Assembly (NCBI GenBank): GCA_002011085.2
Contig: MTMB02000001.1
Coordinates: 785,007-817,006 of the forward strand
Reading direction: 5' to 3'
Length of the DNA stretch: 32,000 nucleotides
DNA from: Candidatus Geothermarchaeum rappei
Lineage (GTDB): Archaea; Thermoproteota; Nitrososphaeria; Geothermarchaeales; JDFR-13
Position numbers and translations under genes: made by a program. Of this stretch, positions 27,200 to 32,000 are shown piece by piece; position 1 is the stretch's first letter, and each line of letters starts with the position of its first letter. The notes beneath the pieces are model-generated. The model did not search any database. It saw only the letters and a list, made by a program, of their open reading frames with translations, and was not told the origin of the DNA.

Positions 27200-28150
27200 A
27201 TGAAGGTCTACGAATATCCTGACTGGGAGAACACGGTTATCCTCGTGAACGAAGGCATCAAAAAGAAGTATGGAGACCCATATTTATGTGGTGAGGAGTT
27301 TATTAATATACTGAAAGACAGTGTAGTGGATGCGCTAAATACCTTATGCATATCCTCAGGAGAGAGGTGCATGGTCATTAGAATATTAGAGGGAGGAAGA
27401 TTCTATTACGTATATGAGGCGTTGAATAATTTATTGGAGAATAAGCCTCTTCTAGGGGAAATAGACATAAAGAGCAGAATCTTATATGACCCAGAGGACG
27501 TGGTTACAAAAGTTATTCGTGACGAGGGTATATGTAAAAAAGCAGGTGAGACTGGATTAATACTTATCGGGGATACCGTGGCTAGTGGTAAAACCATGTT
27601 GACACTACTTGATAGACTTAGCCCTTGTCTCAAAAAAGATACTCAATTTGTCATACTCGGTTTTGTAACATACTACGGTCTAGATAGGGTTAGGGATTGG
27701 TTTGTAGAGCGAGGGTTAAAGTACAACTTTATAGGCTATGGAGGGCTTCTTGGCTTAGGTAGAAACCTTACGGATATGACTATAGGAGATGAACCTAACT
27801 ATATTCCAGATGAAATAAAAAGATATTCAGAATCAATGCTTGGGGCTGAGATAGCCAACAAACTATGTGTAGTGGGAGACTTTACATATAGCACAAAGTA
27901 TGTCCATAAGTATATCGCTGAGAGAATAATTCAGCTATGGGAAATAGGTAGAGAGGCTGATAAAGATGATACGAGAAAAAGGGCGGTCAATCTTATAAGA
28001 GAGGGTTTAAGTAGACTCATGAACATGGGGATCGGGATCTTACAGATTGAGAAGCTATTGGCCGAAGAATATAATAGAAGACAATTTCTAATCGGTCGTA
28101 AATATGATAGAGAAAGGTTGGAGATAGATAAGGTACTAAGCCTTACGTAA
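27200..28150 (+). CDS. Hypothetical protein with a divergent uracil-PRTase-like (type I phosphoribosyltransferase) fold and a C-terminal helical extension
   Basis: PRPP-loop-like GLILIGDTVASGKTMLTLLDRL. CMVIRILEGGRFY aligns by eye to the Upp ILRAG loop, and CVVGDFTYS to the Upp GLGDAGD region. About 90 extra charged C-terminal residues follow. The fold call is from motif memory and has not been searched. Confidence 0.5.
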   Translation: MKVYEYPDWENTVILVNEGIKKKYGDPYLCGEEFINILKDSVVDALNTLCISSGERCMVIRILEGGRFYYVYEALNNLLENKPLLGEIDIKSRILYDPEDVVTKVIRDEGICKKAGETGLILIGDTVASGKTMLTLLDRLSPCLKKDTQFVILGFVTYYGLDRVRDWFVERGLKYNFIGYGGLLGLGRNLTDMTIGDEPNYIPDEIKRYSESMLGAEIANKLCVVGDFTYSTKYVHKYIAERIIQLWEIGREADKDDTRKRAVNLIREGLSRLMNMGIGILQIEKLLAEEYNRRQFLIGRKYDRERLEIDKVLSLT

Positions 28151-28164
28151 GGAAACTGTTTAAC

Positions 28165-28482
28165 CTATATATTCTTGAATAATGCTAGGACACCAGCTAC
28201 TAATAGGGAGATACCTGCTATTAGACCAACCTGGCTAATTATACCTAAGGCCCCTAGTAATATGGCTATCACTCCTCCTAGCTTTAACGTCTTTTTAAAT
28301 GCCAAGAGTGGTATTGGAATCAGTGATATTATTGAATATCCAAGCATGTATGCAGCTATTAATGTTACAAAAAGCCCTAACCAAGGGCTAATATCACCAA
28401 TATTGAACATTAGATATATGGATAGCAGAAGCTGAGTTAGAACGCCCATTATAGCTATGTACCAACTACGTATCTTCATCAT
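28165..28482 (-). CDS. Small hypothetical integral membrane protein (105 aa, 3-4 TM)
   Basis: Almost entirely hydrophobic, with Gly-rich TM segments (GGVIAILLGALGIISQVGLIAGISLLVAGVLALF). No recognisable family. Confidence 0.5.
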   Translation of the reverse strand: MMKIRSWYIAIMGVLTQLLLSIYLMFNIGDISPWLGLFVTLIAAYMLGYSIISLIPIPLLAFKKTLKLGGVIAILLGALGIISQVGLIAGISLLVAGVLALFKNI

Positions 28483-28517
28483 GAAAAATATATTCTAGAA
28501 AAGACTTAAATTTCAAT

Positions 28518-28536
28518 CCCCCATACAAAAAAGGGG
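28518..28536 (-). terminator. Short stem plus T-tract between the two small membrane-protein genes
   Basis: The minus strand reads CCCCTTTTTTGTATGGGGG about 20 nt after the stop of the 147-aa gene. It combines an oligo-T run with a flanking C4/G4-5 complementary pair. Confidence 0.35.
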
Positions 28537-28552
28537 TGTAGAGGAATATAAT

Positions 28553-28996
28553 TTACTCCTTTGACGCCTTGAAGAACTCCTTTACATGGGGCCTTGTCAA
28601 ATAATATACAATTATAATTGCTATGATAACATCTAGAACTCCCCCGACTGACAACATGGCTAAAGAGGCTAACCCTCCCAATAGGCTTAGTAAAGCCAAA
28701 GCTATATGCACCAACCTAGCAAATTCATGGCCATTCCATAGGAAATAACCCAATGCCACTGCGATAATACCTATTATCAGGATTACACTGCCTATAACGC
28801 CCCCTAGGATACCCATAAATTGAGCGAATCCTGGATATCCTCCCATTTCCTCAAAGGGCATTGTAGATAGAACTGGGCCTAGTGAGACCAAGACCAGTCC
28901 TCCAAAAACCATCAATATACCTCCGATAATGTCCAGAACAGCAATGATTGCAACACCTAATGGCCTCTCCGGTCTGTCTAGCATTTCAACATTCAT
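28553..28996 (-). CDS. Hypothetical integral membrane protein (147 aa, 4 TM)
   Basis: Four long Gly/Ile/Leu-rich TM segments. GYFLWNGHEFARLV follows TM3, and the C-terminus is a cytoplasmic basic tail. No recognisable family. Confidence 0.55.
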   Translation of the reverse strand: MNVEMLDRPERPLGVAIIAVLDIIGGILMVFGGLVLVSLGPVLSTMPFEEMGGYPGFAQFMGILGGVIGSVILIIGIIAVALGYFLWNGHEFARLVHIALALLSLLGGLASLAMLSVGGVLDVIIAIIIVYYLTRPHVKEFFKASKE

Positions 28997-29160
28997 TTTC
29001 CCACCTTAATATTATAATAGACATTTAGAACTAATATCTAATATGCCTATTAAGCATATATTACTATATGATACATTTAGTATACAGGTGCGATGGCTGT
29101 AGGAACCATATTCAAAACTAGATATACAAATATACAACTAGTGTAGAAACTATTTTGGAT

Positions 29161-29736
29161 ATGATAGAGAGGGATAAAAAGACAATATCCATACTTTATG
29201 ACACGACATGTGAATCTTATGACGAGCTGTACGGCGGGGAGCAGTATGAAAAATACAGGATAATCCATGAAGAGCTGAATGTGGAGAACCCAAGTTTTAT
29301 ATATTGGCTTGACCTTGGATGTGGAACAGGCCTTTTACTCAAATATATCTGTGATAAAGTCGGGTGGTTACCCCAGAGACTGTATTATATTGGAATAGAT
29401 CTATCTTATAACTGTATTAAGAAGGCACTGAACAAAAAGGGGAAAATCATATCTGACTTTATTGTTGCGGATGCTGAGAGACCACCTATCAGAATAAACC
29501 AGTTCAATGTTATCACCAGCTTCACCACAATACATCACTACGAAGACCCAGGAGAATCAGTAATTTCATATATTAAGAATAGCACCGCTACTGTGATAGT
29601 GACAATTCTAAAACGGGAAGAAAAATTAGAGGAGATTATCATGAAGATAAGAAGATACGTGGATAGCAGAGAGGAATTGGCCCTAGACATTATTGAAATA
29701 GGTAAGGATATAGGTATAATTATTAAGAGGAGCTGA
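29161..29736 (+). CDS. Class I SAM-dependent methyltransferase (substrate unknown)
   Basis: Motif I WLDLGCGTGLLL, motif II-like YIGIDLS, and post-I acidic ADAERPP. The N-terminal YDTTCESYDELYGGEQYEKY resembles small RNA/small-molecule methyltransferase families. The ORF track starts at TTG 29155, but ATG 29161 is preferred. Confidence 0.7.
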   Translation: MIERDKKTISILYDTTCESYDELYGGEQYEKYRIIHEELNVENPSFIYWLDLGCGTGLLLKYICDKVGWLPQRLYYIGIDLSYNCIKKALNKKGKIISDFIVADAERPPIRINQFNVITSFTTIHHYEDPGESVISYIKNSTATVIVTILKREEKLEEIIMKIRRYVDSREELALDIIEIGKDIGIIIKRS

Positions 29737-29768
29737 TTTTACGAGAGAAGCTCTGTGGGTGGATAATT

Positions 29769-30431
29769 ATGAGAATCCTTATAGTTGCAGATATACATGG
29801 AAATAGAAAGAGGACTAGGAGGCTATTTGAGGAATATGGAATAAAGAAGTTTGATGTGGTTATAGTCTGTGGCGACATTACACAATTCCAAGGTGTTGAC
29901 GTTGCGGAAGAGACATTATCTATCCTCTCTAGACTGGGGGAGAAAACCCTATTTGTACCAGGTAACTGTGACCCTCCAGAATTAACCAAATATGAGGAGC
30001 TTGGGGGAGCCTTGAATATCCACGGCAAATCTATACTCATTCCTAGAGAACTTGATGAGATAGAGTTTATAGGTGTGGGTGGGTCGACCCCCACCCCATT
30101 TAACACATGGATTGAGTATACTGAGGAGGAGATAGCTAAGATGCTTAAAACACCCTCTACCACATCAATATTAGTTTCACATACACCTCCTTACGATACC
30201 GCCCTCGATAAGATATGGATAGGAAGACATGTAGGGAGTAAGATAATTAGGGAATTTATAGTGAGAGAAAAACCAATCTTGGGTATCCACGCCCATATCC
30301 ATGAAGGAAGGGGAGTGGATAAACTTGGTGAAACCACGATCATCAACCCCGGGCCACTACAAAATGGATATCACGCAATTATTGAGGTGAAGAAGCCTCC
30401 AGACATTAATGTTGAGATGAGGAAGGTGTAG
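29769..30431 (+). CDS. Metallophosphoesterase (calcineurin-like, GNCD-type), paralog A
   Basis: All five MPE motifs are present: ADIHGN, CGDIT, PGNCDP, SHTPP and HAHIHEGRG. GGTGG lies upstream of the ATG. Confidence 0.8.
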   Translation: MRILIVADIHGNRKRTRRLFEEYGIKKFDVVIVCGDITQFQGVDVAEETLSILSRLGEKTLFVPGNCDPPELTKYEELGGALNIHGKSILIPRELDEIEFIGVGGSTPTPFNTWIEYTEEEIAKMLKTPSTTSILVSHTPPYDTALDKIWIGRHVGSKIIREFIVREKPILGIHAHIHEGRGVDKLGETTIINPGPLQNGYHAIIEVKKPPDINVEMRKV

Positions 30432-30440
30432 GGGGTATTT

Positions 30441-31076
30441 ATGAGGAGAGATATTTTGATAATATCTGACATCCATGGTAATAAATATAATATAGAGGCC
30501 CTAAAGGAGGAGACTAGCCCAGATTATTTACTGATACTGGGAGATATAACCACCTTCGGAACACTGGATGAGGCACTGGAGATCTTGGAGGAAGCTAGCT
30601 CATTAGCCAATGTTTCAGGATATTTTGTCCCTGGTAACTGTGACCCTTTTGAGCTATTTAAGATAAACTCTGTGGGAAAACTGTATAATGTTCATGGGAA
30701 ATGTAAAGAAGACCGTGAGTTGAGAGCCTGTATCTATGGATTAGGAGGACAAGACTTGACTGAGAATACTTTCGAAGGCGTACTTAAAAACAGGGACTGT
30801 AAAGGATTGAAGATACTGATATCCCACAGGCCTCCATATGGAACAAAAATCGATAAGTTAGTCTGGGGTGGGCATGCAGGACATGAAGATATAGCGAGAC
30901 TTGTATCAATACTTAATCCTAAGCTGGTATTTTCAGGACATATTCATGAAGGACGGGGTGTCGACAAGGCGGGTGATATGATCTTAGTTAACCCAGGCCC
31001 TCTTGAAGAGGGATACTATGCCATATGCATATTGTCAAAAGAGGAGATCGATGTAAAATTATGCCGAATATATTGA
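30441..31076 (+). CDS. Metallophosphoesterase (calcineurin-like, GNCD-type), paralog B
   Basis: Motifs SDIHGN, LGDIT, PGNCDP, SHRPP and SGHIHEGRGVDK. It is clearly paralogous to the upstream gene (shared FVPGNCDP.EL, HIHEGRGVDK.G, NPGPL..GY.AI). The gap between them is 9 bp and contains AGGGGG. Confidence 0.8.
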   Translation: MRRDILIISDIHGNKYNIEALKEETSPDYLLILGDITTFGTLDEALEILEEASSLANVSGYFVPGNCDPFELFKINSVGKLYNVHGKCKEDRELRACIYGLGGQDLTENTFEGVLKNRDCKGLKILISHRPPYGTKIDKLVWGGHAGHEDIARLVSILNPKLVFSGHIHEGRGVDKAGDMILVNPGPLEEGYYAICILSKEEIDVKLCRIY

Positions 31077-31136
31077 AGATTCTAGTAGACTATATAAAGC
31101 TATATAGAATTGTTAGTAACTATAAATTATTTTACA

Positions 31137-32000
31137 ATGATAGATAAAGTGGAGAAGGAGCATCTCCGTAAAATTCAGGTGACAGGAGGATCTACATATA
31201 TAATTTCACTTCCTAAGTCATGGGTAGTTCAGAATGATCTTATTGAGAAGCGTTTGGTCCGTATAACAGAGTTGAAAAATGGAATGCTGCTCATATCTCC
31301 AGTGGAGGAATCTGAAAGGAGGCCTAAAGTTGCAAGGATAACAATTGGAGAAGGAGAGTGCGATCCATATCCTATTTTAAGGCGGGTGATATCTCATTAT
31401 GCAGTAGGGTACGATATAATTATAATTGAGGCTTCAGATGGAATACTAGATCCTAACTGTAGAGATGTTATTAAAGACTTCGTCCGACGCACATTATTTG
31501 GAGCAGAGTTTATGGATGAAGCAGCGGAGTTCATTAAAATACAGATTTTAACTCCTTACGTAAACCTCCCTATTAAGAACATTATTAAGAGAATGGCAGA
31601 TCTATCCATCAATATGCACTTTGATGTTATAAAAGCTCTTGAGTATAAGGATGAAAGGCTGTTGAATGAAATCATTAAGAGGGATGATGATGTGGATAGA
31701 TTATATTTTCTGTCTATAAGACAACTCACCTCAGCTATATATTCTCCGCCGGTATCGAATGATATTGGAATAAACGACTTACATGAATGTCTTGAATATA
31801 GACTCGTGGTAAGACACTTGGAGAGGGTAGCGGACCACGCCACAATCATTTCTAGGATGCTTCTAGAAGTATTGAAAGAGATTAACCACGATGACATAAA
31901 GATCCTCAGAAGTATGAATGAGGTTGTCAGGAGATCTCTAAGTATTGCGATAACCTCATTACTAGAGAAAGATTCTGAGATTGCGGAGAGAGCAATATCT
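31137..32000 (+). CDS. phoU: AbrB/SpoVT-domain plus PhoU-domain regulator (archaeal PhoU-like phosphate uptake regulator), 3' end beyond the window
   Basis: This ORF is not in the supplied track because it runs off the window; I translated it by hand. It begins MIDKVEKEHLRKIQVTGGSTYIISLPKSWV (AbrB/SpoVT swapped-hairpin motif). PhoU-like helical repeats follow (KRMADLSINMHFDVIKAL...RDDDVDRLYF...LERVADHATII). It is open for 288 codons to base 32000. The antisense ORF 31556..31897 is a shadow. Confidence 0.8.
   Translation, partial: MIDKVEKEHLRKIQVTGGSTYIISLPKSWVVQNDLIEKRLVRITELKNGMLLISPVEESERRPKVARITIGEGECDPYPILRRVISHYAVGYDIIIIEASDGILDPNCRDVIKDFVRRTLFGAEFMDEAAEFIKIQILTPYVNLPIKNIIKRMADLSINMHFDVIKALEYKDERLLNEIIKRDDDVDRLYFLSIRQLTSAIYSPPVSNDIGINDLHECLEYRLVVRHLERVADHATIISRMLLEVLKEINHDDIKILRSMNEVVRRSLSIAITSLLEKDSEIAERAIS

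Noticed and set aside
27200-28150. PRTase-fold protein as the effector of a retron-like or other known defence system
   Set aside because: There is no reverse transcriptase, structured ncRNA region, nuclease, ATPase or other defence-associated partner in the neighbourhood. The idea rests only on the fold analogy.
29041-29059. Inverted repeat ATATGC-N7-GCATAT in the divergent spacer between the 147-aa membrane protein and the methyltransferase
   Set aside because: The arms are only 6 bp in very AT-rich sequence. The extension fails (ta versus at), so it is not distinguishable from chance.
27142-29084. The shared 10-mer ATTTAGTATA (27142-27151 and 29075-29084) as att-like direct repeats flanking the three-gene orphan block
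   Set aside because: A single AT-rich 10-mer shared between a 383-bp and a 158-bp AT-rich spacer is about what chance predicts. No integrase or tRNA target is present.
29723-30163. Antisense 'shadow' ORFs inside well-supported genes. Examples: 29723..30163(-), 31556..31897(-), 5703..6137(+), 5308..5709(-), 4432..4851(-), 12343..12603(+), 15649..15957(+), 16531..16830(+) and 23300..23680(+)
   Set aside because: Each lies opposite a gene with strong family motifs. Each has low-complexity Ser/Ile/Pro-rich composition typical of reverse-frame translation, and none has its own signals.
1-32000. Search for CRISPR arrays, tRNA/rRNA genes, transposases or integrases, and toxin-antitoxin pairs
   Set aside because: I saw no regularly spaced direct repeats and no GC-rich islands in the spacers that would suggest structured RNAs of a thermophile. 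No ORF had DDE, tyrosine-recombinase, PIN, RelE or similar motifs. This was a visual scan only. tRNAscan-SE, Infernal and a CRISPR finder should confirm it.

Overview
The window reads as a gene-dense chromosomal segment from a thermophilic archaeon, most likely a crenarchaeote (Thermoprotei). Supporting signs: roughly 40-45% GC by eye; AT-rich spacers with TATA-like boxes about 25-35 nt upstream of start codons; GGTGA/GGAGG Shine-Dalgarno-like motifs before several genes; and heavy ATA/AGG/AGA codon use. Archaeal hallmark genes include a four-subunit 2-oxoacid:ferredoxin oxidoreductase, a geranylgeranyl reductase and an AbrB-PhoU regulator. I support 29 protein-coding genes. By eye I found no rRNA, tRNA, CRISPR array, transposase, integrase or obvious defence genes. 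The dominant theme is protein and peptide catabolism: a giant membrane-anchored S8 subtilase, an S9 acylaminoacyl-peptidase next to a D-aminoacylase-family deacylase, and an M1 aminopeptidase fused to HEAT repeats. An HtpX protease, a class I aminotransferase, the oxidoreductase operon and a thiolase fit the same theme. The least explained part is 26.8-31.1 kb. It holds a 383-bp AT-rich spacer with a perfect 10-bp inverted repeat, an orphan UPRT/PRTase-fold protein with altered loops and a C-terminal helical tail, and two small orphan membrane proteins. These are followed by a methyltransferase, two tandem metallophosphoesterase paralogs and an AbrB-PhoU regulator. Nothing here is demonstrably a new system from sequence alone, so these are candidates that need profile, structure and neighbourhood searches. 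All functional calls rest on motif recognition by eye, not on database searches.
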